A DNA stretch of 60,114 nt from Clostridia bacterium (lineage in GTDB: Bacteria; Bacillota; Clostridia; UMGS1840), in the NCBI GenBank assembly GCA_045661305.1, contig JAZRFJ010000018.1:1-60114 (forward strand). The letters are read 5' to 3'. Shown here one piece after another: positions 29,554-39,920 of the stretch (position 1 is the stretch's first letter; every line of letters starts with the position of its first letter). The position numbers were made by a program, and so were the translations under genes. The notes below the pieces were generated by a model. That model saw only the letters and a list, made by a program, of their open reading frames with translations. It ran no database searches and was not told the DNA's origin.

Positions 29554-30918
29554 TTAAGACAATCCCTTATTAAGTTGTTTGAAGAAATTTATTGCAAATG
29601 GCAGAGAAACTAAAAAAGTAAGTATATCTGCACAGCTTTGAGCAATTTCAACACCTGTTATGCCTATAATTTTTGGAAGAAAGTATATAAGCGGTAAGAA
29701 GAATAGACCTTGCCTTGTGCTTGATAAAAATGTTGCGGTCCAGGATTTTCCTATGGTCTGGAATGTCATATTGCATACAACTCCAAGCGGTATAAAAAGC
29801 ATTGAAATACATTGCGCCCTAAGCGCCCTTGAGCCTATTTCGATAACTTTAGGGTCATTGTCTATAAAAAATCTGATTATATATTCAGCACTAAAAAAAC
29901 CAATGATGGCACATGTTGCCATACATATTTCGCCTACTTTTAATGTAAAAAGGAAAGATTTTTTTACACGCATCATTTTTTTTGCACCGTAGTTGAATCC
30001 GACAACAGGTTGATAGCCTTGTCCGAATCCTAAACTTACTGAGAAAATCATCATAAATACTTTACCCACTATTGACATTGCGGCAACAGCAGCATCACCG
30101 TATATTATAGCACTTCTGTTTAACATAACTGTTGCAATGCTTGCAAGTCCCTGACGGCAAAAGGACGGAAGTCCTGTTTTTATAATGAGAAGATATGTGT
30201 CAGCAGTTTTTGAAATGTGTTTTATACTAAGCTCAACATTGCTTTTTTTACCTATATAAAACCAGATAAGAATACAAAAACTGATAAACTGGCTTAATAT
30301 AGTTGCAATAGCTGCTCCTGCGATTCCAAGCTTAAAAGTAAAAATAAAAAGCGGGTCTAGAAGCATATTAAGTATTCCGCCTGATGTTATTCCAATCATT
30401 GCAAATTTTGCTTTTCCTTGCGCTCTTAAAGTATTATTAAGGACAAATGATGCTGCCATAATCGGTGCACCAAAAAGAATATATTGACCGTAACTTTTTG
30501 CGTATGGGAAAATTGTTTTGTTTGCTCCTAACAGGCTGATAAGCTCATCTGAAAAGATTGTTCCTGTAATAAGCAGTAAAGAACCGAAAAAAATTGAAGC
30601 GAAAAATCCGCTTGATGCAATTTCGTTGGCCTTTTTATATTTTTTTTGACCTAAAAGTCTTGAAATGTTGCTTCCGCATCCCATTCCAAGAGTGAATCCT
30701 ACTGCCTGAATTATTGACATAAGTGAAAAAACAACACCAACAGCACCGGAAGCACTTGTTCCTAATTTTGATACAAAAAAAGTGTCAGCCATGTTGTATA
30801 TTGATGTTATCAGCATACTTATAATAGTAGGAACAGCTAAACCTGAAATGAGCTTTCCTACCGGTTTTTCAGTCATTTTTATGAAATTTTCTTCGTTTTG
30901 GTTTCTTTCGCTACTCAT
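29554..30918 (-). CDS. MATE family efflux transporter
   Basis: PTIISMLITSIYNMADTFFV, LDPLFIF and GIAGAAIAT; multi-TM. Confidence 0.93.
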   Translation of the reverse strand: MSSERNQNEENFIKMTEKPVGKLISGLAVPTIISMLITSIYNMADTFFVSKLGTSASGAVGVVFSLMSIIQAVGFTLGMGCGSNISRLLGQKKYKKANEIASSGFFASIFFGSLLLITGTIFSDELISLLGANKTIFPYAKSYGQYILFGAPIMAASFVLNNTLRAQGKAKFAMIGITSGGILNMLLDPLFIFTFKLGIAGAAIATILSQFISFCILIWFYIGKKSNVELSIKHISKTADTYLLIIKTGLPSFCRQGLASIATVMLNRSAIIYGDAAVAAMSIVGKVFMMIFSVSLGFGQGYQPVVGFNYGAKKMMRVKKSFLFTLKVGEICMATCAIIGFFSAEYIIRFFIDNDPKVIEIGSRALRAQCISMLFIPLGVVCNMTFQTIGKSWTATFLSSTRQGLFFLPLIYFLPKIIGITGVEIAQSCADILTFLVSLPFAINFFKQLNKGLS

Positions 30919-31532
30919 AATTCGATTTCTTCTCCAGGTTTTAAAATTATTTTACCATTGCAGTTAAGATTTTGGGCTTTTACAAGGTCATAAGGCGGAT
31001 TTTCAGCATCTGTTTCCGAGCTTACGGGAGCTGTATGAATAGGAATAGTATATTTTGCATTTATAATTTTTGCACATTCTGATGCTTCTTCTATATCCAT
31101 ATTATAAACACCGTCACAGCAAAGTAAGGCATAAGTTAAGTTCATTTTTGAAAGCTTGTTTGACATATCCTGGGTTTTTGAAGTATCGCCCGAAGCATAT
31201 ACTTTTATTCCATCAAACTCTATAATATATCCGACACATGAATTAATATCGTGGTTTTTGTTATAAGCCTGCACAGAAGTTATTTTTATGTCATCTTTAA
31301 AAAATGTTTTGTATTCTCCCATTATCAGTGCATCTGAATATTTAATAATCGTGCAATTATCTGACTTTTTTAATATAGAAGTATTTATGTGGTCAAAGTG
31401 GTCATGTGTTATCAGTATGAGGTCAGCTATCTTTTCGCATCCTATTTCTATAAACGGGTCAACATAAATTATTTTATTATTATTTGTTTCAATCCTGAAG
31501 CTTCCATGACCCTGATATAAAAGTTTGCTCAT
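30915..31532 (-). CDS. MBL-fold metallo-hydrolase
   Basis: THDHFDH, SGDT and IPIH motifs. Confidence 0.88.
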   Translation of the reverse strand: MSKLLYQGHGSFRIETNNNKIIYVDPFIEIGCEKIADLILITHDHFDHINTSILKKSDNCTIIKYSDALIMGEYKTFFKDDIKITSVQAYNKNHDINSCVGYIIEFDGIKVYASGDTSKTQDMSNKLSKMNLTYALLCCDGVYNMDIEEASECAKIINAKYTIPIHTAPVSSETDAENPPYDLVKAQNLNCNGKIILKPGEEIEL

Positions 31533-31536
31533 TTTT

Positions 31537-31914
31537 TCATTCTCCTTGTGAAAATGCGTTTTCGATAAAGTTTATTTTTTTGTTGAAGAAAATATTTTTA
31601 TTAAGTATTATTTCTAAAATATCAAAGCTTATAATATAGTCATAATATTGTTCATTTTTCATAAGATACATTTTTGCACCGTGTATAATTGAATTCCTTT
31701 TATAAAAAGTTACTGCATCAGCAGGATTTCCAAATGTAGTATCTGCTCGTGTTTTTACTTCTACAAAATGGATTTCACCGTTTTTCTCTGCAATAATATC
31801 TATCTCGCTTCCTTTTACAAGAAAGTTTTTCTCTAAAATTTTATATCCTCGGTTTTTTAAGTATCTTTCAGCAATTTTTTCGCCTTTTTCTCCAAAATCT
31901 TTATTATAACTCAT
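31537..31914 (-). CDS. yraN: YraN family (UPF0102) endonuclease-like protein
   Basis: GEKGEKIA, EIDIIA, FVEVKTR and IENAF. Confidence 0.92.
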   Translation of the reverse strand: MSYNKDFGEKGEKIAERYLKNRGYKILEKNFLVKGSEIDIIAEKNGEIHFVEVKTRADTTFGNPADAVTFYKRNSIIHGAKMYLMKNEQYYDYIISFDILEIILNKNIFFNKKINFIENAFSQGE

Positions 31915-32530
31915 TTTTGTTTGCCTCTATGATTTTTTTAAGAAAGCTTTTTCGGTGTATAGGAAGTATGCCATATTTTTCGATAGCTTCATAATGAGCT
32001 TTTGTTCCGTAACCCTTGTGATTTTTAAAGCCGTATTCGGGATACTCTTTATCATATTGTTCTAAAAGCCTGTCCCTTGACACTTTTGCTAAAATTGATG
32101 CACAGGCAATAGAATGTGAAAGGCTGTCACCTTTTACTACAGTTTTATTTGGAGTTGTAATACCTTTATTTCTGTTCCCGTCAATAAGTGCAAAATCTGC
32201 CTTTTGGGAAAGAGAATTAATCGCTTTTTCCATAGCGGAAAGTGTCGCATTTAATATATTAATTTCGTCTATTGTTTTTTCATCTTCAAATATAACGCTG
32301 TAAGCGATAGCATTTTTGATTATAATATCAAAAAGCTCTTCTCGCTTTTTTTCTGTAAGTTTTTTTGAATCATTAACTCCGTCTATTATAAGGCCTTTTG
32401 GCATAATAACAGCCGCAGCGGCAACAGGACCGCATAGCGGGCCTCTGCCTGCTTCATCAACTCCGCATATATACTGCGGCTCTTTTTCAAGACCGCTGAG
32501 TTCAAAATCTGTTTTAAATTCTGTTTTCAT
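31904..32530 (-). CDS. rnhB: Ribonuclease HII
   Basis: GVDEAGRGP, DSKKL, ASILAKVSRD and HKGYGT; start ATG 32530. Confidence 0.96.
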   Translation of the reverse strand: MKTEFKTDFELSGLEKEPQYICGVDEAGRGPLCGPVAAAAVIMPKGLIIDGVNDSKKLTEKKREELFDIIIKNAIAYSVIFEDEKTIDEINILNATLSAMEKAINSLSQKADFALIDGNRNKGITTPNKTVVKGDSLSHSIACASILAKVSRDRLLEQYDKEYPEYGFKNHKGYGTKAHYEAIEKYGILPIHRKSFLKKIIEANKNEL

Positions 32531-33401
32531 AATCCATATCCTGATTCTTAAAAATTTTATTTGCATCTTCAAGTGAAATTCTGCCCAGCTTTCCGCTTTG
32601 GAAGTCATCTAAAACAGCGTGAGCACACCTTGTATAGTCAGGTTCGTCTTTTTTGAAGATATAGCCTCGTTTAAAGCATATTTTTTCATATACCGAGAGT
32701 CTGTCATCATATTCTTCAATATCAATTTTATAACGCTCGGAAAGTGCATCTGTATAGTTTTCCAGCATAAATTCTAAAAATCTTACACAAACCTCTTCAA
32801 TATCAAGCACCTGTTCCTTTATTGCACCTGTAAATGCAAGGTGGAGCGCACATTTTTCATTATCAAGCTTAGGCCATAAAATACCCGGAGTATCTAAAAG
32901 CTCAATTTCTTCAGATATTTTTACCCATTGTTTATTTACCGTAACACCCGGACGGTCTTCCGTTTTTAAAGCTTGTCTTTTTGCCATTCTGTTTATAAAA
33001 GAAGATTTTCCTGAATTTGGGATTCCTGCAACCATTATACGAAGCGGTTTTTTTATTCCTTTTTCTTTATTTTTTTCAAGTTTTTCTGATAAAAGAGCTT
33101 TAAGCTCGGACGGAACTTTTTTTAATCCTTCTCCGCTTTCGCAGTTTGCACTTATTGCTGCAAAGCCTCTTTGTTTAAAATAATTTATCCACCCCGTTGT
33201 AACTTTTTCGTCAGCAGTATCTTCCTTATTTAATATAACAAGTCTTTTTTTATCTTTACAAAGAGTGTTTATATCGGGGTTTTGTGAGGAAAGGGGGATA
33301 CGGGCATCTAAAATTTCAATAACGCCGTCCACAAGCTTTAAATTCTCCGAAATTATTCTCTTTGTTTTTGCCATATGGCCAGGATACCAGTTTATATTCA
33401 T
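32514..33401 (-). CDS. rbgA: Ribosome biogenesis GTPase RbgA/YlqF
   Basis: INWYPGHMAK, GIPNSGKS and DTPGILWP. Confidence 0.96.
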   Translation of the reverse strand: MNINWYPGHMAKTKRIISENLKLVDGVIEILDARIPLSSQNPDINTLCKDKKRLVILNKEDTADEKVTTGWINYFKQRGFAAISANCESGEGLKKVPSELKALLSEKLEKNKEKGIKKPLRIMVAGIPNSGKSSFINRMAKRQALKTEDRPGVTVNKQWVKISEEIELLDTPGILWPKLDNEKCALHLAFTGAIKEQVLDIEEVCVRFLEFMLENYTDALSERYKIDIEEYDDRLSVYEKICFKRGYIFKKDEPDYTRCAHAVLDDFQSGKLGRISLEDANKIFKNQDMDYENRI

Positions 33402-33483
33402 ATATATCAACCTTTCTTAAATAGTAGTAAAGATAACAAAAAGGGGCTTATCTCAAAAAAATTGAGAAATCTGCCCCGCTTTA

Positions 33484-34122
33484 TTATTCGTTATATAATC
33501 CTCCGATTTTATTAAAAGGAAAAAGTCTGAACCATGCTTTTCCTACAATATCTTTTTCCTTAATCATTCCAACACCTGTCATATCACGGCTGTCACGGCT
33601 GTTTTCTCTGTTATCACCAAGTGCAAAAACACAGTCTTCAGGAACGATTTTAGGATAAACAGTGTTGTATCTGTCATAAGTTGTTCCCTGAATATAAGGC
33701 TCTGAAAGCTCAACTCCGTCAACAAAAACCTTGCCGTCCTTGATGTCTACCTCTTGACCTTCCGTTGCAATAACTCTTTTGATATAATACTTCTTAGGGT
33801 CGCCTACGGGTTTAAATACAATTATATCCCCGTTTTGAGGTTCATAACCAAGTCTTAACACAAAGAGGCTGTTGTTGTTTTGTAAGGTAGGTTCCATTGA
33901 AGCACCGCTTACTCTTACAAGAGTAAAGACAAAATTTACAATAAGAAGTGCGGCAACAACTGCTACCAACAAAGATTCTACCCATTCAAGCAATTCTTTT
34001 TTCCAGTCTTTCTTTTTAGGTAAATTGCATTCCACATCTTCGGCTTTTTCTTCACATTCCAAATCTTCTGTAATCATTTCTTCTTCATTAGTTTCTTTTA
34101 TTTCATCAAATTCGTTTGACAT
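33484..34122 (-). CDS. lepB: Signal peptidase I
   Basis: SMEPTL, YIKRVI and GDNRENSRDSR. Confidence 0.95.
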   Translation of the reverse strand: MSNEFDEIKETNEEEMITEDLECEEKAEDVECNLPKKKDWKKELLEWVESLLVAVVAALLIVNFVFTLVRVSGASMEPTLQNNNSLFVLRLGYEPQNGDIIVFKPVGDPKKYYIKRVIATEGQEVDIKDGKVFVDGVELSEPYIQGTTYDRYNTVYPKIVPEDCVFALGDNRENSRDSRDMTGVGMIKEKDIVGKAWFRLFPFNKIGGLYNE

Positions 34123-34160
34123 TAATATAACCTCACTTTATACATAGTCCTTTAAAAAAT

Positions 34161-34189
34161 ATATTAACATTTTTCTTTAAAAATGTCAA
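34161..34189 (-). promoter_or_regulatory. SigA promoter of the lepB operon
   Basis: TTGACA-N17-TAATAT with TGn extension. Confidence 0.6.
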
Positions 34190-34226
34190 CGGTTTTTAAA
34201 TATTTTGTGAATTTTTGAGAAAAACA

Positions 34227-34255
34227 TTGACTATTTTGGGTAAATATAGTAAAAT
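34227..34255 (+). promoter_or_regulatory. SigA promoter of citrate synthase
   Basis: TTGACT-N17-TAAAAT. Confidence 0.6.
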
Positions 34256-34287
34256 GATTATATGTATTATAGTTAGGGGGAACAGTT

Positions 34288-35634
34288 ATGAACAACATAC
34301 ATCTTACAGAGAAACAATGCGAAAAATTTTCAAAACTTGTTAATGCGTATGCTACCATTGACAGCGAGCTTTATACAAAATATAATGTAAAAAGAGGACT
34401 CAGAAATTCTGACGGAACAGGTGTTCTTGTTGGACTTACAACAGTAGGTGAGGTTACAGGATATGCTATGATAGATAATGAAAAGCAGGCTATTCCTGGG
34501 AAACTCAGTTACAGAGGCAGAGAAATCAGAGAGATAATAGCTGCCCAGAAGGGACGCCGTTTTTCCTTTGAAGAAGTAGTGTATATTCTTTTGTTTTCAC
34601 AAGTACCTTCGGAAGACGAACTAAAGGAGTTCTGTGAGCTTTTATCCAAAAACAGACAGCTTCCTGAGGGATTTGTTGAAGATACAATTTTAAAATCACC
34701 TAGTCCTGATGTTATGAATAAGATGGCAAGAAGTGTTCTGACGCTTTATTCATATGACGAAAATCCTGATGACAGAGAAATCGGAAATGTTATAAGACAG
34801 GTGTTAGAGCTTATTGCAAGATTCAGTGTAATTGCCGCTTACGGCTATAATGCAAAGAGACACTATTATGATAAAAAGAGCCTTATTCTTCATAACAATA
34901 AGCCTGATTACTCTATTTCTGAAAACTTTTTAAATCTTATAAGACTAGACAAAAAGTTCACCCCGCTTGAAGCTGAAATTTTAGACCTTATGCTTGTTTT
35001 ACACGCAGAGCATGGCGGTGGAAACAATTCTACTTTTACAACCCATGTTATTATGTCCTCAGGTACAGATGTTTATTCTGCTGTTGCGGCTGCAATCGGT
35101 TCATTAAAAGGACCAAGACACGGCGGTGCAAACATTAAAGTTGTCGAAATGATAGAAGATTTGTGCAAAAATGTTACTGATATTTCAGATGAGGCACAGA
35201 TTGAAAAGTATCTTTCTGATACACTTGATAAAAAAACCTATGATAAATCAGGTCTTATTTACGGAATGGGGCATGCTGTATATACTCTTTGCGACCCGAG
35301 AGCTGAAATTTTAAAGGCTAAAGCAAAAGAGCTTGCTGAAGAAAAAGGCATGATGAAAGAGTTTCATCTTTATGAGCTTGTTGAAAAGCTTGCACCTGTT
35401 GTAATAAACAAAAAGACAAACAAGCAAATCTGTGCAAATATAGACCTTTATTCAGGTTTTGTTTATCAGATGTTAAATATTCCGAAAGAGCTTTTCACAC
35501 CTCTTTTTGCAATTTCAAGAATTGCCGGTTGGAGTGCTCATATTTTAGAAGAAATTGTTACAAATAAGCGTATCATGCGTCCTGCTTATAAGAGTGTTTC
35601 TGAAAAGCGGCCGTATGAAAGACCTAATAAGTAA
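34288..35634 (+). CDS. gltA: Citrate (or 2-methylcitrate) synthase
   Basis: HAEHGGGNNST, GPRHGGAN, GMGHAVY..DPRA and NIDLYSG. Confidence 0.92.
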   Translation: MNNIHLTEKQCEKFSKLVNAYATIDSELYTKYNVKRGLRNSDGTGVLVGLTTVGEVTGYAMIDNEKQAIPGKLSYRGREIREIIAAQKGRRFSFEEVVYILLFSQVPSEDELKEFCELLSKNRQLPEGFVEDTILKSPSPDVMNKMARSVLTLYSYDENPDDREIGNVIRQVLELIARFSVIAAYGYNAKRHYYDKKSLILHNNKPDYSISENFLNLIRLDKKFTPLEAEILDLMLVLHAEHGGGNNSTFTTHVIMSSGTDVYSAVAAAIGSLKGPRHGGANIKVVEMIEDLCKNVTDISDEAQIEKYLSDTLDKKTYDKSGLIYGMGHAVYTLCDPRAEILKAKAKELAEEKGMMKEFHLYELVEKLAPVVINKKTNKQICANIDLYSGFVYQMLNIPKELFTPLFAISRIAGWSAHILEEIVTNKRIMRPAYKSVSEKRPYERPNK

Positions 35635-35650
35635 AGGAAAGATATAACAA

Positions 35651-37135
35651 ATGAATTTAAGTTTATCTTATATTACCATGGTTATAGGCATATTAAGTGC
35701 AAAATGCTTAGGGTTTTTAAGAGAAGTTGTTGTAGCACAGAAATTCGGACTCAGTCAGCTTACTGATATATATTTCCAGATTTTTTCTGTTGCAAATGTT
35801 GTATTTGCTGCCCTTGGAGTTGCACTTTCAACCTTTGTGGTAAAAAGTATAAATTTATGTAAAGATGATTTTGAAAGCGAGAAAAAGTTCGTAGCTTCAT
35901 TTTATAAAAAAGCCCTCAAGTGGTCACTTGCAGGGCTTGTTTTGCTTTCATTTTTAGGCTATCCAATAACAAAGTTACTCCTTCAGGGATTGTCAAGAGA
36001 AGATTTTAGTGTTGCTTTAAGACTTTATTATATAATGATACCGTCATTTATATTTATTGTGCTTGCATATACTTCAAGCGGAATATTGCAAAATAAGGGT
36101 AAGTTTTTCAGAACTGCTGTCATGAGCTTTCCTTTTAATATTATCATAATAGGCGGACTTCTGGGAGGAATAGATTCAATTTATTCTTTTGGGGTTATAA
36201 CTACTGTAGGTTGGGCTTCTCAATTCTTGTTTTTGCTTCCGTCTGTCCTTAAATGCGGATATAGTTTAAATATAGCAATTAAGGATATTGTAACTGATAA
36301 TGAAAAAGAAAATAAAAGGGTTAATATTTCCGAAATTGCGTTTATTTTTGTTTCAAATGTCATTTTTAGTTTCCTTTTTATAACGGACAAGTCTTTTGCA
36401 AGCTATAAGGAAAGTGCAAGCTCGTCAATACATTATGCAAGTAACCTGTTTACAACTGTTTCAAGTGTATTTGTTGTTGGAATGTCAGCAGTATTTTTTC
36501 CATCACTTACAAAAAGCTTAGCCCAGAAGGACGATGAGAAAACTGCGTCACTTATCCGCTATGTTCTTTTATTTATGTTGTGTATTTTTATACCATTTCT
36601 AATGATTACAAGCTTTTATAACAGAGAGATTATACGCCTTGTTTATGAGAGGGGAAGCTTTGATTCCAAAGCCACAAGTGTTGTATCAAAAGCGTTTTTT
36701 GCTTATGCTTTTTGTATTTTCGGATATATTTCACAGGAGCTTTTGTTTAAAGTTTTTTATGCAAAAGGAAAATATAAAATAACAGTTATTTCATCTGCAC
36801 TTGTTGTTTTTGTAAATATTTTGTTTAATTTTATATTTAAAGACAGCTTCAATATGATTATTTATTCAACTCCGGTTATAAGTATTATTTTTGCACTTTT
36901 TATTTTTGTTCTTTTGGGAAAGGAAATAAAAAATATTTACAATAAACAATTTTTCTTAAATGTACTGAAAATACTTATATGTGCAGTTCCATTCCCGATT
37001 TTTTATTTTCTTATGGAGAACTTGGCAGAAAAAAATAAGCTGATGTTTGTAATTCCCATTGTTATTTCAGCAATAATATATTTTGTTATGCTTTATGTAT
37101 TTAAAATTTTGCAGCTTATTTTAAAAAGGAATTAG
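35651..37135 (+). CDS. murJ: MurJ/MviN-like lipid II flippase
   Basis: LGFLREVVVA..FG, LVYERGSFD and FYA; multi-TM. Confidence 0.8.
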   Translation: MNLSLSYITMVIGILSAKCLGFLREVVVAQKFGLSQLTDIYFQIFSVANVVFAALGVALSTFVVKSINLCKDDFESEKKFVASFYKKALKWSLAGLVLLSFLGYPITKLLLQGLSREDFSVALRLYYIMIPSFIFIVLAYTSSGILQNKGKFFRTAVMSFPFNIIIIGGLLGGIDSIYSFGVITTVGWASQFLFLLPSVLKCGYSLNIAIKDIVTDNEKENKRVNISEIAFIFVSNVIFSFLFITDKSFASYKESASSSIHYASNLFTTVSSVFVVGMSAVFFPSLTKSLAQKDDEKTASLIRYVLLFMLCIFIPFLMITSFYNREIIRLVYERGSFDSKATSVVSKAFFAYAFCIFGYISQELLFKVFYAKGKYKITVISSALVVFVNILFNFIFKDSFNMIIYSTPVISIIFALFIFVLLGKEIKNIYNKQFFLNVLKILICAVPFPIFYFLMENLAEKNKLMFVIPIVISAIIYFVMLYVFKILQLILKRN

Positions 37136-37160
37136 AAATTACAGTTATTTGGTGGATATT

Positions 37161-37889
37161 ATGGTAAATAAAGAAAATAAAAATATTCATGCGGGACACA
37201 GAGAACGCTTAAGAAAGATTTATATGGAAAACGGAATAGAAGCATTAAGTGAGTATGAGGTTTTAGAGCTTCTTTTGTTTTATTCTATTCCAAGAAAAGA
37301 CACGAATGATATTGCCCATGCACTTTTAAACGAATATAGTACTTTGGAGGGTGTTTTTCAAGCTGACCCGCAAAGGCTTACACTTATAAAGGATGTTGGC
37401 TTAAATACTGCAGTTCTTATTAAGCTTATACAAGACCTTAATCTGAGAATGAATACAGACAAGGTAAAACGAGGAGTTGTTTTCTCGGACCCTTACACAG
37501 CAGGCGATTATATCAAAAGCTTTTTTCTGGGGAAACAACATGAAATGCTGTATGCATTTTTCTTAAATAAGGGGAACAGACTTTTAGGTTGGGAAAAAAT
37601 TGCAGACGGAGCTGTTGACTCTATTTCTGTTGACAGCAGCAGAATAATCAGAGCTGCACTTAAGTATAAAACATGTTATGTTATGCTTGCACATAATCAT
37701 CCCGGTGGGAAGCCAACCCCTAGCGAGGATGACAAAATAACAACGCGTATAGTTTCAGGTGCTCTTGCACTTGTGGGATTAACTTTAAAGGACCATTTCA
37801 TAGTTACTTCGGAGGCGGTTTTCAGCTTTTCAGATGCCAATCTTTTTAGAGAAGATGAAGAACCTCTTGAAGAAGAAGTTAAAGAATAA
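37161..37889 (+). CDS. radC: RadC-like JAB-domain protein
   Basis: GHRERLR, LELLLFYSIPRKDTN, HNHPGG..PSEDD and DHFI. Confidence 0.92.
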   Translation: MVNKENKNIHAGHRERLRKIYMENGIEALSEYEVLELLLFYSIPRKDTNDIAHALLNEYSTLEGVFQADPQRLTLIKDVGLNTAVLIKLIQDLNLRMNTDKVKRGVVFSDPYTAGDYIKSFFLGKQHEMLYAFFLNKGNRLLGWEKIADGAVDSISVDSSRIIRAALKYKTCYVMLAHNHPGGKPTPSEDDKITTRIVSGALALVGLTLKDHFIVTSEAVFSFSDANLFREDEEPLEEEVKE

Positions 37890-37898
37890 ATAATCTTA

Positions 37899-38990
37899 TC
37901 ACTTCTTTTCTTTTTTAAAAAGCGAACGAATAAAAATAACGGCAGGGATACCAAGTGTTATTGGAATTTGTATCAAGAGAAATGAAGTATAAAGCTCATA
38001 GAAACTACTCGTAAAATTAAAAAATATCATAAAAATAACAAGAATACTCGAAAATATTATTGAGAGTATTCTTTTTTTTGTACTTGTAAGATTTTTCTCT
38101 TTTAAAAAAAGAGAAGTAAATGAGCTTAAACACACAAAAAGAGAAACTGATATATATATTATATCAAAGAATACATACGAAACATAATAAATAGTTTCAG
38201 ACCTTTGTGTAATAAGACCAGGGTTTATCACTCCAAATGAAAAGAGTGTAGGGTAATAAAGCTTTGAGAGTAACTCTTTACCTAAGGTAAGCAGATTAAC
38301 AAAATATATAAGGGATAAAAAGATTGCAGAAAATATTCCTGCTTTTAATGATGAGGATATAAGCTTTTTATTTTCTGAAAGATTATTCATAAAAAGCATT
38401 ATAAGAAATATATTTGCAAAAGGTGAGAGGAAATTAAAAAATGTGCTTTTTAAAATTTCTTTAACTGAAAGCGGGAAAGTAACATAAAGGTTTTTGGTAT
38501 TTCCTTTAAAAATTCCGAATATAATCATAACACCAAGCATTATAAGAACAAAAGGCAGAATAAGCTCGCAATATCTTCCCAGAGTTTTTTTGTTTGATGA
38601 GAGAATGAAAAATATACAAAAACCGATAAATAATGACAAAAGTGAAAATGAAATTTGGGAATCTGTGCTGACAGATGCGAAAAATATAAAATTTCCGCAG
38701 CTTAAGGCGGCACAAAAAAAGCTATACAGAAAAATCGCAAACAGAAAAACCTTTGAAATAACGGCAGGGAATTCACTTTCAATTATTTCAAAGAGGTTTT
38801 TATTGTCATTTTTTTTGAATATAAAGCTGTAAGCAAAAATCAGAAGTATAAAAAGGCACAACGCAGGAAAGAAAGTGAGGTAGCCCAGCTTTTCTTTACT
38901 GCTTCCGCTACCCATAATGGCAAGAGTATTTCCGAGAAAAAAAGATACTGTAAGACAAAATGCCTGCCTTGTTGTGAGTTTCTTTTTCAT
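37899..38990 (-). CDS. Spore germination receptor B subunit (GerAB/GerKB-like)
   Basis: Multi-TM APC-like protein; LYYPT and QRSE; same operon as GerA. Confidence 0.75.
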   Translation of the reverse strand: MKKKLTTRQAFCLTVSFFLGNTLAIMGSGSSKEKLGYLTFFPALCLFILLIFAYSFIFKKNDNKNLFEIIESEFPAVISKVFLFAIFLYSFFCAALSCGNFIFFASVSTDSQISFSLLSLFIGFCIFFILSSNKKTLGRYCELILPFVLIMLGVMIIFGIFKGNTKNLYVTFPLSVKEILKSTFFNFLSPFANIFLIMLFMNNLSENKKLISSSLKAGIFSAIFLSLIYFVNLLTLGKELLSKLYYPTLFSFGVINPGLITQRSETIYYVSYVFFDIIYISVSLFVCLSSFTSLFLKEKNLTSTKKRILSIIFSSILVIFMIFFNFTSSFYELYTSFLLIQIPITLGIPAVIFIRSLFKKEKK

Positions 38991-39907
38991 TGTTCTCTTC
39001 CTTTCAGTTTGGAATTTTCTTTTAGCGAAATACGAATGTTATATTCATAAGTTCGGAATTCTTCATTTGAGAGAATATATGTTTTATTTTCCTTTATCAG
39101 ATACTTTAAAAAAGCTTCAAGCTCGTTTCTGAAAATTTTTTCAGCTTCTTTATGACTTATTGGAGTAATACTTTTTAAAAATATTTCGAGGTCTATTTTT
39201 AGGTGCTTGTTTTTATTACTAACCTTTGCTTTTGAAGATGATATTTCAAATGTTTTGAAGTTCTTTTCATAATCTCTGTTTTTAATAAGCGAATAAATCA
39301 AGAAATAGTTTTCAGGCAATTCATTTTGGTATGATAAGCCTTTGAAAAGTGCTGTTGTGTCACAGTAGGGGAAGTCATTTTTGCATTTTAAAATCGGTAT
39401 ATCGCTATTGTAATTTGCGGGTGAAAAAAATTCATACATCTCGTTTGACGGTAGTGTTTTTTTAACTGCCATACGGGAAATGAGAAGATTTTCAAAATCA
39501 TAAGGGTCACATTTTGTTATATATACGGCGGCATTTGGAGATATGGAATTTTCGCTTATCAAAAATTCCATAACTTCTTTTATGTTTTTTTTATAGAAGC
39601 CTTCTAAAAGAACAATTGCATTTACATGACCAAAATACGGAGAATAGGAAAAAGTGTTTTTTAAATCTTCCCATGCAGTCGCAGGCGTATTTCCTACACC
39701 TGAAAAAAACTTTACTTCAGCAGAATCTTCGCTTTTTTCAAGAGTTGAAAAATCTGATGTTTCTGCTGTGAAAACATAAGAATTGTTCTTAAAATCAGCA
39801 TATATAACAGAAGCAACGCTGTTTTTCCCAAGCTCATCTGCTTTATCGCATGAACTTAGGAAAAACACTGCTAAAAAACAAATAAAAGAAAAAAATAATT
39901 TTCTCAT
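38987..39907 (-). CDS. Spore germination receptor C subunit (lipoprotein, divergent)
   Basis: Lipobox LSSC; G.G.T...A...L and YFGH motif; start ATG 39907. Confidence 0.7.
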   Translation of the reverse strand: MRKLFFSFICFLAVFFLSSCDKADELGKNSVASVIYADFKNNSYVFTAETSDFSTLEKSEDSAEVKFFSGVGNTPATAWEDLKNTFSYSPYFGHVNAIVLLEGFYKKNIKEVMEFLISENSISPNAAVYITKCDPYDFENLLISRMAVKKTLPSNEMYEFFSPANYNSDIPILKCKNDFPYCDTTALFKGLSYQNELPENYFLIYSLIKNRDYEKNFKTFEISSSKAKVSNKNKHLKIDLEIFLKSITPISHKEAEKIFRNELEAFLKYLIKENKTYILSNEEFRTYEYNIRISLKENSKLKGREQ

Positions 39908-39920
39908 TTTCAAATCCTCT